A stretch of 64,000 nucleotides of DNA from the NCBI GenBank assembly GCA_905612485.1, contig CAJQSE010000009.1, positions 20,193 to 84,192 on the forward strand, given 5' to 3'. Position numbers and translations under genes: made by a program. This DNA is from an uncultured Candidatus Nitrosopumilus sp. (GTDB lineage Archaea; Thermoproteota; Nitrososphaeria; Nitrososphaerales; Nitrosopumilaceae). Under the pieces are notes generated by a model that ran no database searches, was not told where the DNA came from, and saw only the letters and a program-made list of their open reading frames with translations. Positions 1-13,720 of the stretch are shown here, piece by piece; position 1 is the stretch's first letter, and the number at the start of each line of letters is the position of its first letter.

Positions 1-303
1 TAACAAAACATCATCATTACTTAATGGGAAACTCATTACAATTACTTTATCCCGATAAGATAGAGAAAAATGAACTATACCAAATTCAGTATCAAATTCA
101 TGTCTCATTCTCACACGTAATGCAAGTTCCATGAACATCATCTCATCGTGTTTTTTTGCTTCAAGTGAAAGTAAGCCATCTTTCATACCTCCAGCTGCCA
201 AATGACCTCGAGCATTGATAAATCGAGCAGAACGCATCTTAGGATCCAATTTTAGAATTTGTTGGCAAATATTTTCAAGTTTTTCCACATCTTCCATGTA
301 CAT
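1..303 (-). CDS. Roadblock/DUF6659-like thaumarchaeal protein (runs off window start)
   Basis: Manual translation MYMEDVEKLENICQQILKLDPKMRSARFINARGHLAAGGMKDG...VIVMSFPLS; same pattern as 4766..5149. Confidence 0.75.
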   Translation of the reverse strand, partial: MYMEDVEKLENICQQILKLDPKMRSARFINARGHLAAGGMKDGLLSLEAKKHDEMMFMELALRVRMRHEFDTEFGIVHFSLSYRDKVIVMSFPLSNDDVLL

Positions 304-351
304 AATTATGAAATAGAACTATTTATTTGCGATCTGAATTAATTCATAAGA

Positions 352-948
352 GTGCAATCAAAATCATCCAAAAATTTAGCCGAATCACCTAAAGAAATGA
401 CTGAATATTACAAACATTTGTCATTATTTTGGACAGATATCATACATTTAATGTCAAGTAAACCTCAGGCTCTGACATCAATTGGCCCAATGAGAGCATT
501 TGCTGCAAATTCAAAAAAAATTGCTGTAGAATTAATTGAAATTAATGAAAGTTTAGTGGGTTTTAATCAATACATTACAGAATATTACAAGCAGTTATCA
601 AACACATGGGGAATAGCTCAAAAGAAAGTAAATCAAAAATCACCAGAAATTCCTCAAGATGTTGAACATATAGAAGCAATGAAAAGAATATGGATAGATA
701 TTTTTGACAATGATTTTACAGAATTATTTGATTCTAAAAAATTTGGAGAGAATTATGGAAAATTAGTATCTAAAGAATTAGAGTTAACAAAACATTGGAA
801 TAACATTTCAAATGTAATTTTACAATCAGTTAATCTTCCAAGTAAAGAAGAAATTGATGAGGTGTATAAAGAAATTCATTCTTTAAAAAAACGTGTTTCA
901 AAATTAGAATTAGAATTAAAAAAGGAAAAAAGAAAAAATGTACAATGA
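352..948 (+). CDS. phaE: Class III PHA synthase subunit PhaE
   Basis: Helical protein with C-terminal NLPSKEEIDEVYKEIHSLKKRV coiled coil typical of PhaE; overlaps phaC start. Confidence 0.85.
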   Translation: MQSKSSKNLAESPKEMTEYYKHLSLFWTDIIHLMSSKPQALTSIGPMRAFAANSKKIAVELIEINESLVGFNQYITEYYKQLSNTWGIAQKKVNQKSPEIPQDVEHIEAMKRIWIDIFDNDFTELFDSKKFGENYGKLVSKELELTKHWNNISNVILQSVNLPSKEEIDEVYKEIHSLKKRVSKLELELKKEKRKNVQ

Positions 949-2002
949 ATCAAACATAGATCCAAAAATCATAGAAGAGGTTTTAAAATTTAGTAAAAAT
1001 ATGATTGAAGCTCCAAAATTTGCATCAGCGCCTGATGAAATTAGTTTAGAACTAACTCCACATAATGTAGTTCAAGAAATTGATAAAACAAGGTTATTAC
1101 ATTATGAACCAATTACAAAAATTAAATACAAAACACCTTTGTTAATATCATATGCATTGATTAACAGATTTCACATATTAGATATACATCCAGAAAAAAG
1201 TTGGGTTAAAAATCTCTTATCGCAAGGATTTGACATATACATGTTAGATTGGGGAACACCGACTAGTATGGATAAATATTTAGATTTTGATGATTATGTA
1301 AATGGATATTTGGATTCATCAGTAGAATATATTAAAAATCAATCATCCACAGAAAAAATTTCATTACAAGGTTACTGTACAGGTGCAACAATTGCAACAG
1401 CATATACTACATTGCATCCAGAAAGTGTCAAAAACTATATTGCAACAGCCCCAGTAATTGATGGGTGGAAAGATACCACAGTAATTAGTAATTTGGCAAA
1501 ACACATGGATGTGGATAAAATGGTAGAAACTATTGGAAATATGCCTCCAGAATTCATGTATTATTGTTTTTCAGTCCTGAAACCTTTTGAACAGGGAGTT
1601 GAAAAATATATTAAATTTTTTAAAAATATTGATGATAAAAAATATGTTGATAATTTTTTGAGAGTTGAAAAGTGGTTAGGGGACACACCGCCGATTCCTG
1701 GAGAGTTATTTAAACAATGGATTAAATATATTTATCAAGATAATTTACTTATTCAAAATAAAATGTATATTGGTAATGAACGCATAGATTTAAAAAAAAT
1801 AGACATGCCAATGTTTACACAAGTAGCAGTAGGAGATCATTTGGTCTCACCAGAATGTAGTATGCCATTACATTATGCTGTAGGAAGTAAGGACAAAACA
1901 TTGAAATTATACCCAACAGGTCATGTAGGGATGATTGCTAGTTCACTGTCACAGAAAAAAGTTTTGCCAGAAATGGGAGCATGGTTAGCTAAAAGATCAT
2001 AA
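938..2002 (+). CDS. phaC: Class III PHA synthase catalytic subunit PhaC
   Basis: TPLLISYALINR, LDWG, lipase-box-like GYCTG (catalytic Cys), DHLV (Asp), TGHVG (His). Confidence 0.95.
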   Translation: MYNESNIDPKIIEEVLKFSKNMIEAPKFASAPDEISLELTPHNVVQEIDKTRLLHYEPITKIKYKTPLLISYALINRFHILDIHPEKSWVKNLLSQGFDIYMLDWGTPTSMDKYLDFDDYVNGYLDSSVEYIKNQSSTEKISLQGYCTGATIATAYTTLHPESVKNYIATAPVIDGWKDTTVISNLAKHMDVDKMVETIGNMPPEFMYYCFSVLKPFEQGVEKYIKFFKNIDDKKYVDNFLRVEKWLGDTPPIPGELFKQWIKYIYQDNLLIQNKMYIGNERIDLKKIDMPMFTQVAVGDHLVSPECSMPLHYAVGSKDKTLKLYPTGHVGMIASSLSQKKVLPEMGAWLAKRS

Positions 2003-2023
2003 GAATAAAACAAAAAAAATATA

Positions 2024-2446
2024 CTAATTATATTTTCTAGAGAATGTAGTAATACATAACTGTAGAATATTTTGTTTAAATATGTAATTGATTTTAGATC
2101 GGTATTAAATATTTTAATGTTGTGTAGCATCAATTATTGCTAACATCATTTTATTTTGTATGGATGTAACTTTTACAAATTCTTTAGAGGCATCATCAAT
2201 TACATGTAATGTGGAAGTAGGAATATTTGATGTAATATCTACGTTCCTTACAAATTATTTTTGAATCATAATAGATAATCCCACCATATTTTCAAAAGAT
2301 TGTAAAAGTTCTTGTTGTATGTTAGTAGTGGATTGGTAATATCATGGTACTGATCGTTTAACACTGTTGAATATTTTATTTATATTTTCTTGATATTTAG
2401 AAAACATATTTTTAGAAGTTACGGGTATTGCAGTATTTTTACCCAA
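2024..2446 (-). pseudogene. Disrupted phasin-like (PhaP-like) gene, paralogue of 15399..15839
   Basis: Translates LGKNTAIPVTSKNMFSKYQENINKIFNSVKRSVP*YYQSTTNIQQE...MIQK*FVRN...IQNKMMLAIIDATQ, then frameshifts; aligns along its length with the 15399..15839 protein; stops at 2344-2342 and 2257-2255. Confidence 0.85.
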
Positions 2447-2450
2447 TTTT

Positions 2451-2876
2451 TTATTCCTTATTTTTAGATTTTTTTGCAATTGGTAAAATTATGACTTGAA
2501 TCAAGTCACCATCACTTAAACCGAGTGCGTTACGTTCAGCTTCAGGAATTGAAATTCGACCATTGCTGCTAATTGTAGTTTTGTATGCACCCCAATTCAT
2601 AAAAGATGGAAGCATCTGTCCAATGTTAAACATAGTATCCATACTTTTTGTTTGCATAGATGACATGTTATCGACAATATTAGACTGTGTTTGTCTAGTT
2701 TTATCAGAAACATCACGTAGAGTTTCTAATGGATTGAATGTTTGATTAGATTGATTAGTCATTAAAGAACCAAAATTTTTAAAAAATTCAGATTGTGCTT
2801 GACCACTTTTTTGAACCCAATCTTTGAACATAGATGTAGGATCATATGGGTTGTTAGAACCATTCATTACCATCAA
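2451..2876 (-). CDS. AbrB/SpoVT-domain regulator, PhaR-like
   Basis: C-terminal ISSNGRISIPEAERNALGLSDGDLIQV AbrB motif; lies in the pha locus like haloarchaeal PhaR. Confidence 0.8.
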   Translation of the reverse strand: MMVMNGSNNPYDPTSMFKDWVQKSGQAQSEFFKNFGSLMTNQSNQTFNPLETLRDVSDKTRQTQSNIVDNMSSMQTKSMDTMFNIGQMLPSFMNWGAYKTTISSNGRISIPEAERNALGLSDGDLIQVIILPIAKKSKNKE

Positions 2877-2902
2877 TAGACATAGTATGTATTTAAATTC
2901 TT

Positions 2903-3691
2903 TTAATCATTCAAAAATTTTAACACGTAAGAAGCAAATTTTTCAGGTTCTTGAACATATGGAGTATGTCCACATTCATTCATTTCATAAAAATGACAAT
3001 TTTTAATCAAAGATACAAATTCGCCAGCAAACTTAATTGGAATTACAGGATCATCAGTTCCCCAAATAATTAATGTTGGAGAAGAAATATTTTCAAGTTG
3101 TTCTATAATTAAATCAGAATTTTTTAATCCCAATAAAGTAGACATGAAAGCATATTTTGCATTAGGTAATTTCATTCTAGTTACAAATCCATCAATTATT
3201 TCCATAGGAATTTTTTTACCAGAGCCATCCATTATTTCAAATGCATTTTTTGCACTTTCTTTATTTGGATATAGTGCAGCCATACCATATGCATCAAGAG
3301 CAAAAGTAGATTGTTTCATGGTTCCAGAAGGAGATACTAAAATTAATTTGTCAACAGATTTAGAATGGGATGAAGTGTATTCTACAGCTATTTGACCACC
3401 AAGGGATGATCCAATAATACTAGTGTGTTCAATACTCAAAGATTTCAAAAATTTTTCTAAGAAATTTGAAAAAAAATCAATCGTGTAATCAGTTATTGGT
3501 TTGTCACTATAACCAAATCCAACCAAATCAGGGGCTACAACATGAAAATGAGTTGCAAACAGAGGCAATACATACTGCCATCTTTCAAATGAAGCACCTA
3601 ATCCGTGAACAAGTACAAGAGTTTTTTTAGAAGAACCCGATTCAAAATAACGAATTTTATTTCCATCAATTTGTATGAATTTTTCTTCCAA
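2903..3691 (-). CDS. Alpha/beta-fold hydrolase
   Basis: HGLG oxyanion, GSSLGG nucleophile elbow, WGTDDPVIP, GHTPY. Confidence 0.9.
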   Translation of the reverse strand: MEEKFIQIDGNKIRYFESGSSKKTLVLVHGLGASFERWQYVLPLFATHFHVVAPDLVGFGYSDKPITDYTIDFFSNFLEKFLKSLSIEHTSIIGSSLGGQIAVEYTSSHSKSVDKLILVSPSGTMKQSTFALDAYGMAALYPNKESAKNAFEIMDGSGKKIPMEIIDGFVTRMKLPNAKYAFMSTLLGLKNSDLIIEQLENISSPTLIIWGTDDPVIPIKFAGEFVSLIKNCHFYEMNECGHTPYVQEPEKFASYVLKFLND

Positions 3692-3822
3692 TGTTTTAGC
3701 GTCAATTTCATTACTAGATAAGTATAATGAATTTGGCGATCAAAAGTATCTCAAATTCTTTCAAAAAAGATAGCATTGTTTGTAATAGCATTGTATTTTA
3801 AGATCAAAAATAAGATAATTTT

Positions 3823-4254
3823 GTGATAAAAAAGAAAATTTCAAAAATTTTTGTACCATTAGATGGATCAAAAAATTCGGTACGGGGTTTAGAAACTGCA
3901 ATCACATTAGCAAGAAATTGTGGGGCAACAATCACGGGTTTTTATTCAATTTATGCACCACCACATTCAGAATTTAAGGGTATAGGCTCAGTTGAAAATG
4001 CATTGAACAGAGAAATAAAAAAATTCATGAAAGAAGCTAAAACCATATCAGCAGAAAACGGTATTGTTTTTACAGATAAAATAGCAAGAGGGGAAATAGG
4101 ATACAATATCATCAAAGCATCACATGGAAAAGCAAAATATGATATGATAGTAATGGGTTCCAGAGGAAGAAGCAACACAAAAGAAATATTCTTTGGCAGT
4201 GTATCAAACTATGTTATACATACATCAAAGATTCCAGTTATTATTGTAAAATAA
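3823..4254 (+). CDS. Universal stress protein (USP)
   Basis: IFVPLDGS...MIVMGSRG...FGSVSNYVI motifs. Confidence 0.93.
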   Translation: MIKKKISKIFVPLDGSKNSVRGLETAITLARNCGATITGFYSIYAPPHSEFKGIGSVENALNREIKKFMKEAKTISAENGIVFTDKIARGEIGYNIIKASHGKAKYDMIVMGSRGRSNTKEIFFGSVSNYVIHTSKIPVIIVK

Positions 4255-4259
4255 TTATT

Positions 4260-4712
4260 TTAAAATCCCTGTTTTTTAAAATATTTTTGATGATATTCTT
4301 CAGCTTTGTAAAATTTAGGTGCAGGTATAATTTGAGTGACAATAGGATCATCAAAATATTTTGAGGAATCAAGAGATTGTTTAGATTTTTCAGCAATTTC
4401 TTTTTGTATTTCATCATGATAAAAAATTGCAGAACGATATTGGTTTCCAACATCAGGTCCTTGTCTGTTTAATGTTGTAGGATTGTGATTATGCCAAAAT
4501 ACATCTAATAATGTCTCATAAGATATCTCATCAGGATTAAATTCAACTTCTACAGCTTCTGCATGTCCAGTTTGATCAGTACATACTTCCTCATATGTTG
4601 GATTTGGTAATTGTCCACCAAGATATCCAACAGCAGTTGAAGTTACACCTTTAGTTTTACTAAGTAAATCTTCAACATGCCAAAAACATCCCGCACCAAA
4701 TGTTGCTTTCAA
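4260..4712 (-). CDS. msrA: Peptide methionine-S-sulfoxide reductase
   Basis: GCFW active site, TGHAEAV, QYRSAIF, AEEYHQKY. Confidence 0.97.
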   Translation of the reverse strand: MKATFGAGCFWHVEDLLSKTKGVTSTAVGYLGGQLPNPTYEEVCTDQTGHAEAVEVEFNPDEISYETLLDVFWHNHNPTTLNRQGPDVGNQYRSAIFYHDEIQKEIAEKSKQSLDSSKYFDDPIVTQIIPAPKFYKAEEYHQKYFKKQGF

Positions 4713-4765
4713 TTCAATAGAAATTGTATAATACCAAATTAAAAGGATGGGATTAAATTAAAAAA

Positions 4766-5149
4766 TCAATTAACATCAGTAAAGATTTCAACTACTTTTT
4801 TAGCCAAATTTTCAATGTTTGCACTTGGTTCAGCAGAGATTAGCAATAAAATTTGGGTGATAGGGAAAGGGAAACTAACTAAAACTGCCTTATCACGTCG
4901 TGCTGCAAGATAATTGATAGGGCCTAAACTTTCATCATATTCTTTTCTGATAGATGCCTTTGAAACAAATTCCAAAAAAGATTGTAATCTAGTCTCATCA
5001 CCTTCATGTGGAACTAAACCTTCCTTGAATCCACCTGCAACCAACTTGCCAACCTTATCAACAATTCCAGCAAATCGAATTTCAGATTCACCTAATAGTT
5101 GTGTACACTTTTCATCATACAATTGGAATGAATTAGAGTCAGTCATCAT
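4766..5149 (-). CDS. Roadblock/DUF6659-like protein
   Basis: IRFAGIVDKVGKLVAGG...EYDESLGPINY...LVSFP pattern. Confidence 0.75.
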   Translation of the reverse strand: MMTDSNSFQLYDEKCTQLLGESEIRFAGIVDKVGKLVAGGFKEGLVPHEGDETRLQSFLEFVSKASIRKEYDESLGPINYLAARRDKAVLVSFPFPITQILLLISAEPSANIENLAKKVVEIFTDVN

Positions 5150-5203
5150 ATCAAGTTACTCAATATCAAGTTAAAAACCTATTCAGAACTAAAGCAGGCT
5201 TCA

Positions 5204-6049
5204 TCAAGATTTATTTTCCAAAACACATTTCAAAAGAACATAATCAATAATTTTTTCTTGTGATGCTTTTTTCATTTTTAATAATGATTTGTAAAGAATT
5301 TTTTCCATATATCTAGGATAATGTTCAAGAATATTATTACTCAAAGTTTTTCTATTTTCAACATAATAATCTGCTAAAGGATCATAAACATTAGAGCCAA
5401 TCAATTTTTCATCAATAATTTTAAATCCATTAGAGACAATAAGATTTTTCAAGTAATCTAAACTATAATGTTCTGATGACCAAGTAAATTTTAACAATCC
5501 TAATTTTCCAAGAGAAGCGTCACTAACAATGATTGGTACAGCCATTACAAGAAATCCAGATGGAATTAAAACTCTTTTAGATTCAACAATAAAATCATCC
5601 AAAGGTTTGAAATGTTGTGCAGATTCTAAAGCTAATACACGATCTACAGAATTATTCATGAAAGGTAATTTAGTGGATGTTGAATTTAAAAACTGAATAT
5701 TTTTTTGAAATTTTGAAAAACATAATTGTTTAAAATTAATATTTACATCATAAAGTTTTAGATATGGAAAAGCATCTCTCCAGAATTTAGATGGAGCAGA
5801 TAACCCACTTCCAACATCAATAACATGTTTAGCAGTAGATAATTCAGATAAATTACCAAAAATATGACATAAATTTTCTTGTGCAGAAATTGGATCTAAA
5901 TGTTGTGATGACCAATAACCAAAATTAAGCATAGTGCCACCAGTAGCAATTTGCATTACAGGAGACAAAGTATTGTAAAGATTGATTACATCTTTTTCAT
6001 TTTTACGAAATGTCCAAAGAAACACATCAAACGGATTTATAGATATCAA
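5204..6049 (-). CDS. Class I SAM-dependent methyltransferase
   Basis: LNFGYW, VIDVGSG, LPF..DRVLALESAQHF. Confidence 0.9.
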   Translation of the reverse strand: MISINPFDVFLWTFRKNEKDVINLYNTLSPVMQIATGGTMLNFGYWSSQHLDPISAQENLCHIFGNLSELSTAKHVIDVGSGLSAPSKFWRDAFPYLKLYDVNINFKQLCFSKFQKNIQFLNSTSTKLPFMNNSVDRVLALESAQHFKPLDDFIVESKRVLIPSGFLVMAVPIIVSDASLGKLGLLKFTWSSEHYSLDYLKNLIVSNGFKIIDEKLIGSNVYDPLADYYVENRKTLSNNILEHYPRYMEKILYKSLLKMKKASQEKIIDYVLLKCVLENKS

Positions 6050-6164
6050 AAATTATTTCATATTTATTTAAAATTCCTACTATTAATTTCTAAGTTTAAT
6101 TTTAAAAATACTCACGTTATTTTAATAATTAACGTATTTTACTAGGTAAAAGAAACATCAAATA

Positions 6165-6644
6165 TTGAATGACAGTGATAATTATGGATCCTCAAAAATA
6201 ATTCTTGCCAAATGGAAAGATAGGTTTTTTGCATGGGTAGTGGATTTTGTTATTATTTCAATTTTATCAACATCAATATTTTTTCTAACTTTCCTGTACC
6301 TAAATCATAATTTTGAAGATTTTGTTACAAATGATGGAATGTATATTCCAACAAGTGTCATGTTTTTTTCATATTGGATAATTTTAGAATATAAAACAGG
6401 TCAAACAATTGGGAAAAAAATGTTTAATCTAAAAATTACAAATAATGTGGGTGAAAAACCAAGTTTGCTAGGGGTAATTCTCAGTAGTTTTGGAAAATCA
6501 TTCATACTCCCAATAGATATTATTTTTGGATGGATTTTAACAAATGAGAAACGTCAAAGAATATTTAACAAATTAGGCAATACATTAATCATAAAAATTA
6601 AAGAATCAGAAAATAATTCAGATCTTAAATATATTAAAGATTAA
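6165..6644 (+). CDS. RDD family membrane protein
   Basis: RFFAWVVD, GQTIGKKMFNLKI, QRIFNKL. Confidence 0.88.
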   Translation: MNDSDNYGSSKIILAKWKDRFFAWVVDFVIISILSTSIFFLTFLYLNHNFEDFVTNDGMYIPTSVMFFSYWIILEYKTGQTIGKKMFNLKITNNVGEKPSLLGVILSSFGKSFILPIDIIFGWILTNEKRQRIFNKLGNTLIIKIKESENNSDLKYIKD

Positions 6645-6657
6645 TAAATTAATTTTC

Positions 6658-6789
6658 AAATCAACAATGCATAGCTAACGCTATGTGTGATTTAAAATGA
6701 AATCAACAATGCATAGCTAACGCTATGTGTGATTTAAAATGAAATCAACAATGCATAGCTAACGCTATGTGTGATTTAAAATGAAATCA
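6658..6789. repeat. 3 perfect tandem copies of a 42-bp hairpin-forming unit in the 23S rRNA 3' trailer
   Basis: Unit aaatcaacaatgcatagctaacgctatgtgtgatttaaaatg at 6658, 6700 and 6742, plus a 6-bp partial copy. Confidence 0.97.
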
Positions 6790-6867
6790 TCGTACAAGTC
6801 GTGTATATGTTGTCCACTTGATGAATAGAATGATTCATCGCGCATAGTCTCTATGTAAGTGGCTGAA

Positions 6868-9850
<2,983 letters not shown>

Positions 9851-10008
9851 CACCAGTATATTCAGCCACATATTACACGACTATGCACGACGATCATTGC
9901 AAACCATCGGTAAATGGCCCGCTACATCCTTCATACATCACTTTCGTGATGCATTGCATCGATGATTTGATGTGAAGATTATGTACACCCGTACACTTTC
10001 CATGTCTA

Positions 10009-11479
<1,471 letters not shown>

Positions 11480-11702
11480 CTGAATTTTTTTTCTTTTTGG
11501 TCTTGATTATTGAAGTACATTTGTACTTGTAAATTGGAATTGACGGATGCACATAATCTTCACATCTCAGAAATGATCTTTCAATCAAATCCTCATTTTT
11601 GTATGCGTAAATGGAGGCCCATGAATCATAAAGTGGCATATTGCCATACTTCATCACGAGCGCCGCCTATTGCTTTACGTATGCAGAATCTGATGTTTAC
11701 AG

Positions 11703-11720
11703 AATCCATATAAACCATGC
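11703..11720 (-). promoter_or_regulatory. Probable TATA box of the rRNA operon promoter
   Basis: Minus-strand GGTTTATATGG about 230 nt upstream of 16S, just before the GC-richer leader. Confidence 0.5.
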
Positions 11721-11853
11721 GTGAAATTACACTAGATCGCATCAAAAATTGAAAAAATTGCAAAAAAAAATTATTAAAAATAGCCTCAAAAGGAATTGAT
11801 CCATAAAGGGTGCCAGGTAAAATACTAATGTTAATTAAAATGCCAGAAGGTTT

Positions 11854-13158
11854 TTGGATAATTTGGTTTTGAATCACATAGAAAATTATAAGAAAAAAAC
11901 ACCAACGTCTGCAAAAATATTTTCAAAGTCATTAAAACTTCACATTAATGGTGTTTCACATAACATAAGATATTTCAACCCATATCCATTTGTAGTAAAA
12001 TCATCCTTAGGAAAAAATTTAGTTGATGTGGACAATAACAAATATACGGATTATTGGATGGGTCATTGGTCTTTGATATTAGGACATGGTCAAAAAAGTG
12101 TTAAAGAATCAATTAAAAAACAAATTGAAAAAAGTTGGATGTATGGAACAGTAAATGAACAGACAATAAAATTATCAGAATTAATTTCAAAAGCAGTACC
12201 AGTTGCAGAAAAAATTCGATATGTAACATCAGGTACAGAAGCTACAATGTATGCAGTTAGATTAGCACGTTCAGTTACAGGAAAAAAAATAATTATAAAA
12301 ATAGATGGAGGATGGCATGGGTACACATCAGATTTACTAAAAAGTGTTAACTGGCCATTTAAAGAATCAGAAAGTAGTGGAGTGGTTAATGATGACAAAA
12401 TTGTTTCAATTCCATACAATGATTTAGAAGGTTCATTGAAAATATTAAAAAAATATTCAAAAAATCTTGCAGGAGTTATCATTGAACCAGTTTTAGGTGG
12501 AGGTGGATGTATACCTGCAACAAAAGAATACCTAAAAGGAATACAAGAATTTGTTCATAAAAATAAAGCATTATTTATTTTAGATGAAATTGTTACAGGT
12601 TTTAGATTTAGATATGGTTGTTTGTATCCAACAATGAAATTAGATCCAGACATAGTAACGCTAGGAAAAATAGCTGGAGGAGGAATGGCAATAGGAATAT
12701 TGTGCGGTAAAAAAGAAATCATGGAATATGCAGATACAACAGGTAAGAAAAAATCTGAACGTTCATACATTGGGGGAGGTACGTTTTCAGCCAATCCAAC
12801 ATCAATGACATCAGGGTATGCAACTCTAAATTATTTGAAAACAAAAAAATCAACATATCAAAAAATTAATTCATTAGGGGATTATACCAGAAAAGAATTA
12901 GAAAGAGTATTTGATGGAAAAGTTATAGTTACAGGTAAGGGCTCTTTGTTTATGACACATTTTATTAAAAATGGCATTACAGAAATAACAAATTCAACAG
13001 ATGTTGCAAAATGTGATTCAAAAATGTTACAAAAATATCACTTTAAAATGATTTCTCAAGATGGGATTTTTTTCTTACCTGGTAAATTAGGAGCCATATC
13101 AATTAGTCATTCTAAAGAAGATATTAAAAAAATGATTCAAGCTTCAGAAAATTTCTAA
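11854..13158 (+). CDS. hemL: Class III aminotransferase, glutamate-1-semialdehyde 2,1-aminomutase-like
   Basis: [38 protein letters not shown] (PLP Lys), GTFSANP. Confidence 0.85.
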   Translation: MDNLVLNHIENYKKKTPTSAKIFSKSLKLHINGVSHNIRYFNPYPFVVKSSLGKNLVDVDNNKYTDYWMGHWSLILGHGQKSVKESIKKQIEKSWMYGTVNEQTIKLSELISKAVPVAEKIRYVTSGTEATMYAVRLARSVTGKKIIIKIDGGWHGYTSDLLKSVNWPFKESESSGVVNDDKIVSIPYNDLEGSLKILKKYSKNLAGVIIEPVLGGGGCIPATKEYLKGIQEFVHKNKALFILDEIVTGFRFRYGCLYPTMKLDPDIVTLGKIAGGGMAIGILCGKKEIMEYADTTGKKKSERSYIGGGTFSANPTSMTSGYATLNYLKTKKSTYQKINSLGDYTRKELERVFDGKVIVTGKGSLFMTHFIKNGITEITNSTDVAKCDSKMLQKYHFKMISQDGIFFLPGKLGAISISHSKEDIKKMIQASENF

Positions 13159-13168
13159 AATATAGTAA

Positions 13169-13522
13169 TTATTCATGAAATTTCTTTTTCCAAGAAATTA
13201 ACTCGTTAAAAATTTCTAGAAAATTATTAGATTTAATGGTAATATGGACATGAGTAAAAACAGTCTCAAATTGTGCTTCAAAAATTATCCTGCATTCTTT
13301 TTTAAAAAAAGGTACAGAAATTCCAATTTTTTTTAAACGGATGAATTGAAAATCTTCAATTCTAACAGTATGAGAATCAATAACTATTTCTTTTTTATTA
13401 GAATTTTTATTAATTGAAACATCCAATTTTTTTTGTAAGGAGTCAGACCAAACGGGTGAATTTTTGGGCCAATGATGCACAAACACTTTATCAGTAAAAT
13501 AACGTATTTCAAACTCAGACAA
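13169..13522 (-). CDS. Hypothetical protein
   Basis: 117-aa ORF with normal minus-strand codon pattern. Confidence 0.7.
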   Translation of the reverse strand: MSEFEIRYFTDKVFVHHWPKNSPVWSDSLQKKLDVSINKNSNKKEIVIDSHTVRIEDFQFIRLKKIGISVPFFKKECRIIFEAQFETVFTHVHITIKSNNFLEIFNELISWKKKFHE

Positions 13523-13590
13523 TAATAAAAATAATAATTAAATCAAATTAAGGGTTTGGTGTAAGATTGTTAAACATACTCAAGTATAAT

Positions 13591-13680
13591 TTATAAAAAA
13601 GCATCAGGCAAAGAAGCAATAGACCAGTTTATGAACATAAAGATCGGCAAACCTAACAGAAGGGGTTCAAAATAAAACAT
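13591..13680 (-). CDS. Putative 29-aa hydrophobic micropeptide
   Basis: MFYFEPLLLGLPIFMFINWSIASLPDAFL*; TATA-like tatatattt about 25 nt upstream. Confidence 0.35.
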   Translation of the reverse strand: MFYFEPLLLGLPIFMFINWSIASLPDAFL

Positions 13681-13720
13681 TATTGTTTCAATTAAATAAT
13701 ACTATATATTATTAAAAAAT

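Noticed and set aside
1768-1780. tattggtaatgaa in phaC matching the phasin promoter repeat
   Set aside because: It is a single half-site inside coding sequence (IGNE) and plausibly chance in AT-rich DNA
1921-2133. 70-aa minus-strand ORF from the track
   Set aside because: It is a frameshifted piece of the phasin pseudogene running antisense into phaC, not an independent gene
3770-3794. atagcattgt direct repeat upstream of the USP gene
   Set aside because: Only two 10-bp copies with no other occurrence noticed; too weak to call an operator
6658-6789. Possible CRISPR array
   Set aside because: The units are contiguous and identical with no unique spacers, and no cas genes are in the window
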